Below the pieces are notes generated by a model. That model did not search any database. It saw nothing but the letters and a program-made list of their open reading frames with translations, and had not been told where the DNA came from. From Paraspadella gotoi (taxonomy: Eukaryota; Animalia; Chaetognatha): DNA of 64,000 bases. Position numbers and translations under genes: made by a program. The stretch lies in NCBI GenBank assembly GCA_051294375.1, contig CM119263.1, positions 4,900,374-4,964,373 on the forward strand, in the 5' to 3' direction. Below are positions 1-12,679 of the stretch, one piece after another. Numbering within the stretch: position 1 is the first letter of the stretch; each line of letters starts with the position of its first letter.

Positions 1-3000
1 ACATAATCGCATTTGCGACTTTTCCAAGTCTTGACTTATTTTAGTTTTCGTCCCTTTTTTTGTTCCTTCAGTCAACTGACGAGAAAGAGAGAGAGAGAGT
101 GAGAGAGAGTGAGTGAAAGAGGGTGTAAATAACCACTTAGGAAGAAAAAATTGTTTTTCAAAAGAATATTCTAAGATTTGGAAGAAGAATAAAAGATAAA
201 CTTTATTGTTAATAAACAAACATATTGTTTGTACCAATTTCATATAGAAAGAGAGAAAGACTGAGAAGCCTAAGAACCTTTTACTACGTCCGATTACTTT
301 CACAAAATATATAAAAAATGGGTGAAAAAAAAATAAACAATAAAAAAAACAGAAATAAAACGAATGAAATAAAATTGGCCGCTTTTCCCTCCCTCCTTCC
401 ACATCCCGCTCCACCTCCCCCCCTCCACCACCCCNNNNNNNNNNNNNNNNNNNNNNNNNNNNNNNNNNNNNNNNNNNNNNNNNNNNNNNNNNNNNNNNNN
501 NNNNNNNNNNNNNNNNNNNNNNNNNNNNNNNNNNNNNNNNNNNNNNNNNNNNNNNNNNNNNNNNNNNNNNNNNNNNNNNNNNNNNNNNNNNNNNNNNNNN
601 NNNNNNNNNNNNNNNNNNNNNNNNNNNNNNNNNNNNNNNNNNNNNNNNNNNNNNNNNNNNNNNNNNNNNNNNNNNNNNNNNNNNNNNNNNNNNNNNNNNN
701 NNNNNNNNNNNNNNNNNNNNNNNNNNNNNNNNNNNNNNNNNAAAAAAATGGTTGTTTTGGGGGTTACAAACAGTATTTTGCCCAATCGACTAAGTATAGA
801 CTCTTTTCGTGCGTAAATATTGTTTTCTTAAATTTTTCATTGTCATTGAATTATAACATCATGCAAACTAACGTCGACCGAGTTAAACCTACTCCCAATT
901 TACGAAAAAAAAAAAAAGAATATATCAATTCCTTCATTTGATAATATTAATATTGTATACAACATTGTTCTTTTTGTTTTCTCAATTGACAAATCCAATT
1001 TCGGTAGGTAAAAAGACAGACAGACAGAAAGAGTGGACAGAAAGAAAGACAGACAGACAGACAAATAATAAAGAGAAAAAAAAGACAAGAAATATTCAAA
1101 AAGAATAAACTAAAAGGATTCCATCGGACGTCGAACTTATTTCTCTTTCCTTCTGTTCTATTTTTAGCAAAGCCTTTTTTCCCCATTGTATCATTAATCT
1201 AATTCATTCCCTTTTTATTTTTTTATCGCTTTATAACATTTTCTCTCATTTTATAAAAGAAACGAACTTTAGTCTATGCGTCATAATGCGATAGTTAATA
1301 GTAAATTAATCTAGCGCTTAATTCGTTTAAAAAAAAATAATTAAGATTAAGATCTTAAGTCAATTGCCATTGGTTGCATGCATTTTTTTTTTAAAAATGT
1401 TTTCGACAAACAGATACGGAAAAGACAGATGTATTTGGCGACAGATTTTGAGGAAAGAAAAGAAAGAGAGAGAGAGAGAGAGAGAGNNNNNNNNNNNNNN
1501 NNNNNNNNNNNNNNNNNNNNNNNNNNNNNNNNNNNNNNNNNNNNNNNNNNNNNNNNNNNNNNNNNNNNNNNNNNNNNNNNNNNNNNNNNNNNNNNNNNNN
1601 NNNNNNNNNNNNNNNNNNNNNNNNNNNNNNNNNNNNNNNNNNNNNNNNNNNNNNNNNNNNNNNNNNNNNNNNNNNNNNNNNNNNNNNNNNNNNNNNNNNN
1701 NNNNNNNNNNNNNNNNNNNTCCTTCTCTTTCTCACTCTCTCTCCTTTCGCTCCTCTTTCACGAGTCTTACTCTCGAATTTCGAGAGAAATTTATCATTTC
1801 TCATGAAAAATCAGTCAATGTCAATAGGTAAAGTAAAATGAAGCAGTAGAAATCAAAAATAAAAAATAAAATGGCATAATTTTACTGTTACCGACGGGAG
1901 TAGTTAGGATTAGAAGGGTTTATGGTAGGGTAATTCGGTAATAATATTTTTTAAAGAATGTTTAAATAAATATTTTAAGTAGCTTTTTCAAAAAACGCCA
2001 AAACCCCGGTCCGGCGAAAGTAAAATTTTAAAACAATAAAATTATCAAATTTTTTTCATAATTTTTTAATTTTGTATTATTACTTTACTTTGCTTCACAT
2101 CGTCAGTCTGGTTCAGTTTAACTTTGTCTTTTGTCTGGGAATGCTGACAAGTGTTTTAGACGAGGTCGGTTCAATCACACTGCTCGCTTATGCGGGCTAA
2201 AAGTAAAACAAATTTCCTTCAATAATGTCTCTCCAGACTTACCACTTTGCTACAGTTATACATAAATTAAACTCGAAAATAAGTTATTTAACTGTTAAGA
2301 TCAATATAGTTTTTCAGAAAAGTCATTCTTACAAGATGCAATTCATTAAACTAGTTTTTATGGGATTTACTTGCCAGCAGAAAAATAATTGTAAGAAATT
2401 AGATATTAGGAAAAAAAATGGAAATTTTCAATGCTACAAGAGATTTTCTCACTGGCCGGAACCTCGAAAACGGAAACTACCTCTTTGACGCGGACAACCG
2501 CGCGATGGCCGGAAATCCATGAACTAATGCCTTTTCACACTTAGTTTTTCTTTGCCAGAAGCTTGATCGCGACTTTTTCTCGTTTAAACGTGGAGAGTAA
2601 TAACGTTTCAATGGATGATATTTTTTTTTAAATCTAAAGGTTTAATTATTTTAACGTCATCACATGCACCGAAAGTTTGAAGTTTCAATTTGGACGCGAA
2701 TCGATTGAGAATTTTAATTGCTATAAACGTCATTTAACAAACGCAGTTTCATTATAAAACGAAATTCAACTGTTTCAGACTACGTGATCGGTTGTCTCTA
2801 CGGTTGGCAAAGAAAAATAATTTAAAGAAAGAAAATAAGAAGATGTTTCACGAATTTATTTAACAACATGTAATGATCAAAATCATTTTCAGAGAGAAAA
2901 ACGACAATAACAAAAAGAGAAAAGACAATAGTAAAAATAACCATAAGAGTTGAAACAAATCTAGTGGTCAGTTAACTATTTGACCTTAAGTCGTAGGTCA

Positions 3001-3318
3001 CGATTAGGTAAGTTTAAGAGTCATTAAGGTTGTTTTTTCTTGTCGTTGTTGTTGTCGTTGTTGAAATAATAAAAAATAGAAAAGCAAAAACTTAGAGAAA
3101 GAGAAAAAGAGTCAGAGCGGTATTTTGTGCGGATCTTTCGCACCCTAGACCCGCCGACGATGGCCCGTCGGTAGAGAAAGGAAGAGGATCTCGCTCATTT
3201 TTTCGAGAGTCACCGACGCGGATGACCTCCGAACCTTCGACCGGCGGTAGGAGAGAGACAGCGGACAGAGAGGGAAGCCTTTTGGTGTCCGCGGCTCGGT
3301 CGATTGTCGACCAACCCC

Positions 3319-3374
<56 letters not shown>

Positions 3375-3544
3375 GTCGTGCAGTCGGTCTGATAGTGACA
3401 TTTGGTCTCACACAGCTCTCAATTTCAGTCTCATACAGCCCTAACAAAGAGACAGTCAATTATTTCTGATTTTTTAAGGAATCACAAAAAATGTCGTTTT
3501 CTTTTCTCTCAGATTTTATCACGAAAAATAATTTCCAAATAAAA

Positions 3545-3769
3545 ATAAGTTTGAGCAAACAATGCCGGATCTGCCCACGATCATTAGCGGTAATTAATTA
3601 ATTAAATAATTAATTAATTAATTGATGAAAATAAATTTTTTGCATGATTAATCATAATTTTATGTTCTGACATGATTTAAGTAATTTACCGATAAGATTG
3701 AAGGGGTGGACCGACGGACCGACTAAATGAATTATAGAGCCGGAATCTGCTGTAAGCAGAACCGGCTAA
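3545..3769 (-). mobile_element. Short (~225 bp) Helentron/DINE-1-like non-autonomous element (HINE family 1)
   Basis: Reverse complement has the palindromic 5' end (agccggttctgcttacagcagattccggct), the gtcggtccgtcggtcc core, and the 3' subTIR gcagatccggc followed by attgtttgctcaaactt. These are the same ends as the copies at 5630 and 25951. Confidence 0.8.
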
Positions 3770-3828
3770 GAATATGGCGAAGAGAAAGACTTGATATGGA
3801 AGGCATCGACTTAAAAGGCAACAACCTC

Positions 3829-3860
<32 letters not shown>

Positions 3861-3884
3861 CTTTCTCTCTCTCTCTCTCCTCTC

Positions 3885-3956
<72 letters not shown>

Positions 3957-4031
3957 ATTGGCGACGGGGATGGAGAAATCGGAGGCGAGAGAATCCATCT
4001 TGATGACGTCATTCTGAAGCTTTTCGCTCTG

Positions 4032-4116
<85 letters not shown>

Positions 4117-4545
4117 GCTCGGCTTTAACGAGAGATTTATTTATGACCATTAACGAGGCTATTATAAGATGGGGCTCGGACGTCGGACCCTGGATCTCCG
4201 AAAAGAGGAGAGAGATCACGTGAGACAAAAACAAACGGATCACGTGACCCGGATTAAGGTCACGTGATATTATTTCCACCAAAAAATGTCAAGTGATTTA
4301 GCAATGAAGGTCACATGACCTAATCCAAGGTCAAAGTCACGCGAGTATCATTATTATTGACGATTGTACCATTGTCGATTGCCATCGAATGCCGGCAAAT
4401 GCCACTAACTCGCGCCAGAAAATTATTGTGTTGTAAGCCACAGCGCCACAGACACAAGTTATTTGCGCCACAACGCCAACTGTCGAAAGCGCAAAGCGAC
4501 TCCGATCGAAAACCTTTTAAATCGAATAAATGCATTTAGGGTTAT

Positions 4546-4605
<60 letters not shown>

Positions 4606-5629
4606 CATTTCCCATTTTATAATTTCTCTTCCTTTGATTTCGCTCACTCTCCCTTATTCGCTCGCTTTGTCTATCTCTCTCTCTGTCTCTCTCTTTTTTC
4701 TCTCTCATATCTCCGTCTCGCTCTCTGAAAATGTCAATAATTGGCGTCGTTAGGTCTACTTCCGCTCCACTCGCTATCATCCGACCAAAAAAAAAGGTTG
4801 ACCTTTTCTTCGCTTCTCATTCATTCCTCTTTTTTAGATTAATGTCATTTTTAAATTAATTGAGCTATTCGTTTACTTTTATTCAATTTAAACTAAACCA
4901 TATTCAAGATTTCCCAAAAAAAACCACAAATTATAAGATTATTTTCTTCCTTTTCCTCCCTCCTTTCCTCCCCCTTTCTTCTCCTCTTTCCTCCCTCTTT
5001 TCCTCTTTCCTTTCCTACCTCTTTTCTTTCCTCTTTTCCTCCCCCTTTCCTCCTTCCTTTTCTCCCTCCTTTCCTCCTCCTTTCCTCCCACCATTCCTCT
5101 TCCTTTCCTCCCTCTTTTTCTCAATCTTTTCTCGGTCTTTTCCTCCTTCCTTTTTTATCTCCTTTCCTCCCTACTTTTCTCCCCTTTCCTCTTTCCTTTC
5201 CTTCCCTTTCTTCTCCTATTTCCTCCTTTTCTTCCACCTTTCCTCTTCTTTCCTCCCTCCTTTCCTCCATTTTTTCTTTCTATTTCCTCCCCCTTTCCTC
5301 ACTTCTTTCCTCCCTCCTTTTCTTCCTCCTTTTTACTCCCGCCTTTCCTCCCCCCCATCCTCCATTCGTTCCCAATGGAAGAATCGTCTCCCAATCAATG
5401 ATCGCATAAAAGGTCAGGAGATTTTAAGGGAACGAAATCTTTAGTGTAGCAAAAGGACTAAGGCTGACGTGGTCACTTCTCGTGAAAGATCCAGATAAGT
5501 ATCCAATACAAAAAATGCATATATGAATATACATCTCTCTCATAATACATAGTATTTAGTTTATTCAATCAATTTTAAAACTAGTTTAACAATCCCATAG
5601 ATTTTTTTTTGCCAACGGGCGTTTTTTTT

Positions 5630-5926
5630 TGTCGAATCTGCTTATAAGCAGATCCCGACTCTTTAATTCACTTTGTCGGTCCGTCGGTCCGCCACTTCAA
5701 TCTTGTTGGGCATTCACTTATATAATGTCAAAACATCGAATTATGATAAATTATGCAAAGAAAATGATGTCTGTCCATCCGTCTGTCTGTCTGTCTGTCT
5801 GTCGGACCGTCCATCTGTCTGTCTGTACGTCCGTCCGACCTTAGCAAAAAACTCCAATTATTCGTGATTGGACGAATAAAATTAATTAAATAATTAATTT
5901 ATTTCTTTATTTATTTCTTTATTTCT

Positions 5927-6005
<79 letters not shown>

Positions 6006-6055
6006 TTACCGCTAATGATCGTGGGCTGATCCGACATTGTTTGCTCAAACTTGTT
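5630..6055 (+). mobile_element. HINE family 1, ~425-bp version
   Basis: T-run, then gtcgaatctgcttataagcagatcccgac (subTIR plus its inverted copy), a (GTCY)n microsatellite, (TTTA)n, the 3' subTIR gctgatccgac, the short hairpin gtttg-ct-caaac and a ttgtt end. This is the DINE-1/Helentron-associated architecture. Confidence 0.85.
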
Positions 6056-6133
6056 AAGCAGAAATCTTCTGTTTTTATTAAAATCCCCAAAACGACAGAA
6101 AAAATGGATCTTTGTCGGAACTGCAGCTTAATG

Positions 6134-6166
<33 letters not shown>

Positions 6167-6246
6167 TGACTCTCTGACTCTCTGAAATCAAATTGAATGT
6201 CAGGCACTTAACCTAATCATAGAGAGAGAATCTGAAAAATAAAGCG

Positions 6247-6247
6247 A

Positions 6248-6339
<92 letters not shown>

Positions 6340-6340
6340 A
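6247..6340 (+). repeat. (GAAA)n microsatellite (also ~12880-12975, 22240-22340, 40560-40748, 43844-43940)
   Basis: Directly visible tetranucleotide arrays. Confidence 0.95.
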
Positions 6341-6665
6341 TAAAAGAAAAAATATTATATTAGAATCTGTTGACCCAAAAGTCAGAGACCTGTGTCAGAG
6401 CATCGACTTTCAGACGAAAATCTATACTTATATCATTACTAGTTAACAATTAGAGGACGACGATGATGACGACGATGAAGACGACGATGGTAACGACGAC
6501 GAGGACGACGACGACGACGACGAAGACAACCTTTTAAATGGTTTTGTTTAGAAAATGAATAAAATAAATATTTGGCTATGATCTGTTGAAAAAAAAAATG
6601 TAAATACGTGAAAGCGATTTTCTTTGTCCCATAGTTACTCGAGATTCTCAGTGGCTTCTTTTGTC

Positions 6666-6709
<44 letters not shown>

Positions 6710-6734
6710 GTCTCGTCTCTCTCCTCTTCTCTCT

Positions 6735-6768
<34 letters not shown>

Positions 6769-6915
6769 ATCACATTTTCTCTCCTTTTTTGTCGCTTTCC
6801 TATCGAATTGCTCTCTCTCCCCCATTTTCTTCTTTGATGTCATTTTGTCAGGAAACCGATCGGAATTCATCGCGGGAGAACGAGAGATAGAGGCATTGAA
6901 GAAGAGATGAGAGAG

Positions 6916-6985
<70 letters not shown>

Positions 6986-7291
6986 GAGAGAGAGAGAGAA
7001 GCGCCAAATGGCAGGCTGAATTCCTAACTGGTACAAATGGTGCATTGGTGCCATTGGGTGCGCAAGAATGAGGAGACAGACAAAACCTTTAGGCGGGCAG
7101 CAATGACATCGGCCCCCCCGGACCATTCACACTTTGTCACTCTTACAACCCTTATTCCACGCACCTTCCTACACTTGCCCACCCCCATCCACCATCTTGA
7201 CCCATCCTCCTTCTCCATTTTCCTATCCTCTTCCTTTTGGTGAGTCAGTCAGTCAGTGAGGCGGGAGGATCGCAACCGACTATGCATTGCA

Positions 7292-7921
7292 CAGTAGGTG
7301 GAGTGATGAAAAGATTGAGTGATTGAACATTATTTTTTTGCTGCCTATGGAGCATATAATATATTATGAATTTTAAATCCTTTTAAAATTTTTTTAGCAT
7401 AACAGTATAGCAAATTCAATTATTTATGTGAGTAAATCCTTATAAAATCGTCAAATTTCAAAATATTTTTTTTATTTTTAAGAATTGATTTGGATTCGCT
7501 TTAAAAACTAAGAAACTTTTATAAAATATGTTATATGATATTTGAATGTTAGACCACAAAAAAATGAATAAAACGTTTTAACATATATAAGTTTTACTAC
7601 AGAGAATTAAAAAAGTCAGGATTTTCACCTTTTTCTTATTTTAAACATTGAAGATGACAGAATTTTTTGATAACATGTTTATATTTTTGATTCAACTTTT
7701 TATGAAGAATCTGAATCTTTAATAAAAGTTTTATAAAAATTATTTTTAAATTTACTATCTTATAAGGATATTACTACAAATATATTATATTTTACTATTC
7801 TGTTCCCGAGATAATATGAAAAATATTTTTTGTACTAGTTAATCATACCATTACTCACATCTAAATATCATTGTTCGATCATTCATATAATTTTTTTGTT
7901 CTTGAGTGCTCCACTCTATTG
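7292..7921. mobile_element. ~630-bp degenerate foldback/MITE-like element (intact copy; contains the empty site of the 3-kb element)
   Basis: Ends cagtaggtggag / ctccactctattg are imperfectly inverted. Internal inverted pairs: tgagtgattgaaca / tgttcgatcattca, gtaaatccttataaaatcgtcaaattt / aaatttactatcttataaggatattac, gatttggattcgctttaaaaa / tttttatgaagaatctgaatc. Flanked by CA on both sides. Confidence 0.6.
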
Positions 7922-8203
7922 CACAGTGGGTATTGTGTTTAGTATGGTGGAGAAACTGTAATGATCGGTTGGTTTTACAGAGCTTTGATAAAAAGGTTGT
8001 GATGTTAGCTGGAACCAAAGAGGGTGCAGTGAGGGAAAGCTTGTCGAATGTTTGTTATTGGAGCTGTTATTGTTATTGTTGGAGAGAGATATAGATAATA
8101 AAATATTCGCTCTTTTTTTCCCTTTTGCCTCTTCTTCTCTCTTTCTCTCTTCTCTTTTTCTCTATATCTCTCTCTCTCTCATCTCTCTCTCCTTCCTCTT
8201 TTC

Positions 8204-8235
<32 letters not shown>

Positions 8236-8884
8236 GTTCTTCTCGTCTTCTCTCTCTCTCTCCTCCTCTCTTTACATAATCGCATTTGCGATTTCCAAGT
8301 CTTGGACTTATTTTAGTTTTCGTCCCTTTTTTTTGTTCCTTCAGTCAACTGACGAGAAAGAGGAGAGAAGAGTGAGAGAGAGTGAGTGAAAGAGGGTGTA
8401 AATAACCACTTAGGAAGAAAAAATTGTTTTTCAAAACGAATATTTAAGATTTTGGAGAAGAATAAAAGATAAACTTTATGTTAATTAAACAACATATTGT
8501 TTTTGTACCAATTTCATATGAAAGAGAAGAAAAGACTGAGAACCTAGAGAACCGCTTTTAACAATACGTCCGATTACTTTCACAAGAATATAATAAAAAG
8601 TGGGGTGAAAAAAAATAAACAATAAAAAAAACAGAAAATAAAACGAATGAAATAAAATTGGCCGCTTTTTTTCCTCCCTCCTTCCACATCCCGCTCCACC
8701 TCTCCCCCTCCACACCCCTATTTTGGTTTCCGTAGCCGAGTTTCAATTAATATGCTCGTCGTCGTTGTTTGTTGTTGTTGTCGTCGTCATTGTTGTTTTA
8801 TTGTTATCATGAACGTAAATCATTGGAATTCGAAAGGAAAAAAACGCAATTTCCACTTCACGACCTCTTTCCACCTCAAAACCG

Positions 8885-8915
<31 letters not shown>

Positions 8916-9742
8916 CGAGAAACGAGAGAGAAGAGAGAAGAGAGAGATGAGAGAGGAGAGAGAGAGAGAGAGAGGAGTAGTAACCCCATGCTTTTTTTCA
9001 GTTAAAAAAATGGTTGTTTTGGGGGTTAACAAAACAGTATTTTGCCCAATGGACTGAAGTATAGACTCTTTTCGTGCGTAATATTGTTTTCTTAAATTTT
9101 TCATTGTCATTGAATTATAACACATGCAACAACGTCCGAACCGAGTTAAACCTACTCCAATTTACGAAAAAAAAAAAAAAGAATATATCAATATTCTTCA
9201 TTTGATAATATTAATATTGTATACAACATTGTTTTTTTGTTTTCTCAATTGACAAATCCAATTTCGGTAAGGTAAAAAGACAGACAGACAGAAAGAGTGG
9301 ACAGAAAGAAGACAGACAGACAGACAAATATAAAGAGAAAAAAAGACAGACATATTCAAAAAAAAGAAATTAACTAAAGGATTCCAATCGACGTGAACTT
9401 ATTTTCTTTCCTTTGTTCTATTTTTAGCATAAGCCTTTTTCCCATTGTATCATTAATCTAATTCAATTCCTTTTTATTTTTTTATCGCTTTAACATAACA
9501 TTTTTCTCATTTTATAAAAGAAATCGAACTTAGTCATGCGTCATAATGCGAATAGTTATAGTAAATTATCTAGCGCTTAATTCGTTTTAAAAAAAAAAAT
9601 AATTAAGGATCTTAAGTCATTGCATTGGTTGCATGCATATTTTTTTAAAATGTTTTCCGACAAACAGATACGGAACAGACAGATGTTATTTGGCGACAGA
9701 TTTTTAGGTAAAGAAAGGAAAGAGAGAGAGAGAGAGAAGAGT

Positions 9743-9814
<72 letters not shown>

Positions 9815-9995
9815 TCGTGCATCGGATCTGATAGTGACCTTTGGTCTCACACAGCTCTCGAATTTCACGTGCCTCATAAAGCCTAACAAAAGAGACAAGA
9901 ACATTATTTTCTGATTTTTTAGGAATCAAAAAAATGTCGTTCTTCTTTTCTCCTCAAGAAAAATTTTTTTATAACGAAAATAAATTTCCAAATAA

Positions 9996-10222
9996 AAAAG
10001 TTTGAGCAAACAATGCGGAATCCTGGCCCAGATCATTGCGGTAATTAATTAATTAATAATTAATTAATTAATTGATAAAAATATAATTTTTTGCATGATT
10101 AATCATAATTTTATGTTCTGACATGATTAAGTAATTTACTCCGATAGATTGAAGGGGTGGACCGACGGACGTCGACTAAATGAATTATAGAGCCGGAAAT
10201 CTGTGTAAGCAGAACCGGCTAA
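9996..10222 (-). mobile_element. HINE family 1 short copy (duplicate of 3545-3769)
   Basis: aagtttgagcaaacaatgcgga ... ggaccgacggac ... agcagaaccggctaa, with the same flanks as 3545-3769. Confidence 0.75.
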
Positions 10223-11026
10223 GATATGGCGAAGAGAAAAGCACTTGATTATGGAAGGCATCGACTTAAAAGGCAACAACCTCTCTGTCTGTTCTCTCTC
10301 TCTCTCTCTCTCCTTCTCTCTCTCTCTTCTTTTCTCTCTCTCTCTCTCTCTCCTCTCTCATCCTTCTCTCTCTCTCTTCTCTCTCTCTCTCTCCTCGTCC
10401 TCTCTCTCTCTCTTATTGGCGACGGGGATGGAGAAATCGAGGCGAGAGAATCGCATGCTTGGATCGACGTCAATTCTGGAAGCTTTTCGGGCTCTGACTT
10501 CTCTCCCTCTCTTCTTCTCTCTCTCTCTCTCTCTCTCTTCTCTTGTCTCTCTCCTCTCTCTCTTCTCTCTCTCTCTCTCTCATCTCTCTCTTCTGCTCGG
10601 CTTTAAACGAGAATTTATTTATGAACCATTAACGGGCTATTATAAGAGGGGCTCGACGTTCGAGCCTGGAATCTCCGAAAGAGGAGAGAGATCACGTGAG
10701 ACAAAAAAACCGATTCACGTGACCGGATTAAGGTCACGTGATATTATTTCCAACCAAAAAATGTCAAGTGATTTAGCCAAATGAAGGTACATGACCTATA
10801 TCCAAGGTCAAGTCAGCGCGAGTATATTATTATTGAAAGATTGTACCATCTGTCGATTGCCATCGAATGCGGCAAATGCACTATCGCGCCAGAAATTATT
10901 GTGTTGTAAGCCACAGCGCCACAGACACAGTTTATTTGCGCCCACAACGCCACTGTTCCGAAGAGCGCAAGCGACTTCCCGATCGGAATAAACCTTTAAA
11001 TCGGAATAAATGCAATTTAGGGTTAT

Positions 11027-11102
<76 letters not shown>

Positions 11103-12237
11103 AGAGAGAGAAAGAGGACATTTCCCATTTAATAATTTCCTCTTCCTTTGATTTCGCTCACTCTCCTTATTCGCTCGCTTTGTCCTATCTCTCTCTCTGT
11201 CTCTGCTCTTTTTCTCTCATCATATGCTCCGTCTCGCTCTCTGAAAATGTCAAAATTGGCGTCTTAGGTCTACTTCCGCTCCACTCGCCTAATCATACCG
11301 AACCAAAAAAAAAAGGTTGACCATTTTTTTCGCTATCTCAATTCATTCTCTCTTTTTCAGGATTAATGTCAATTTTTAAAATTAAATTGAGGCTATTCGT
11401 TTACGTTTTATTCAATTTAAACTAAACGCATATTCAAAGATTTCCAGAAAAAACCAAAATTAATAAGATTTTTTCCTTTCTTTTCCTCCCTCCTTTACTA
11501 CTTTCTTCTCCTCTTTCCTACTCTTCTACTTTCTTCCTCTCTTTCTTTTCTCACCTCAATATCTCTCCTTTCTCCTTTTCCTCTCCTTTCCTCCCATTCT
11601 CTTCTTTCTCCCTCTTTTCTCATCTTTCGTATTCTCATAAATTCCTCTCCTTTCCTCTTTCATTATTCCGATCTAATCTTTTCTCGGTCTTTCCTCCTTC
11701 CTTTTGTATCCATTTCCTCCTATTGTCCCTCTACTTTCTTTCCTCCCTTTCTTCTCTATTTCTCTTTATCTCACCTTCCTCTTCTTTCATTTCGTCCTTT
11801 ATCTCATTTTTCTTTCTAATTTCTCCCCATTCTCTCACTTCTTTCCTCCCTCTTTTTCCTTCCTCTTTTTTAAACTCCCGCCTTTCCTCCCCCACATTCT
11901 ACAATATCGTTCAACCTATAGGAAGTACGAATCGGCGTCGCCAAATGGCAATGATGCGCATAAAGGTCAGGAAGTTTTAGGAGAACGGAGGAAGTCTGTT
12001 AAGTAGTAAGCCCGAAAATGGGACTAAAGGCTTGACGTGGATCACTTTCTCGTGAAGATCCAGATAAGTATCGCCATACAAGAATTTAAGTAGTATGAGC
12101 AAGTATGAATATCATACAATCTATCTCATAACATAGTATTATAGTTTAGTTCAAATCAATTTTAATAAACTAGTTTAAGAACAATCCCATAGATTTTTTT
12201 TTGGGGCCATAACAGGGCGTTTTTTTTTATTTATTTG

Positions 12238-12679
12238 GTCGAATCTGTTATAAAGAGATACCGATCATCAGACATTTAATTCACTTTGTCGGTCCGTCGG
12301 GTGTCCGCACTTCAATCTTGTTTGGGCATTCACTTATATAATGTCCAAAATAGCAATCGAATTTAATGAAATAAATTATGCAAAGAAATGAGTCTGTCAT
12401 CCGTCTGTCTGTCTGTCTGTCTGTCGGACCGTCCATCTGTCTGTCTGTACGTCCGTCCGACCTTAGCAAAAAACTCCAATTATTCGTGATTGGACGAATA
12501 AATTAAATTAAATAATTAATTTATTTCTTTTATTTATTCTTTATTTCTTTATTTTTTTTATTTATTTATTTATTTAATTTATTTTTATTTATTTATTTAT
12601 TTATGTTATTTATTTGATTTATTTATTTAAGGCCGGCTAATGGATCGTGGCTGATCCGACATTGTTTGCTCAAATTGTT
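12238..12679 (+). mobile_element. HINE family 1 ~440-bp copy (duplicate of 5630-6055)
   Basis: gtcgaatctg start, (GTCY)n, (TTTA)n, ctgatccgacattgtttgctcaaattgtt end. Confidence 0.75.

Larger units (their letters stand above)
1..8085. repeat. Duplicated block, copy 1 of a locus represented three times in 1-31 kb
   Basis: 1-1486 matches 8274-9810 (acataatcgcatttgcga...), 3370-7300 matches 9811-13926, and 7292-8085 matches 16969-17760 and 23265-24060. Only 1720-3320 is unique to this copy. Confidence 0.9.

Noticed and set aside
7001-7260. Possible exon ending at ttttg/gtgagt
   Set aside because: The three copies give different frames and no recognisable protein; no acceptor context.
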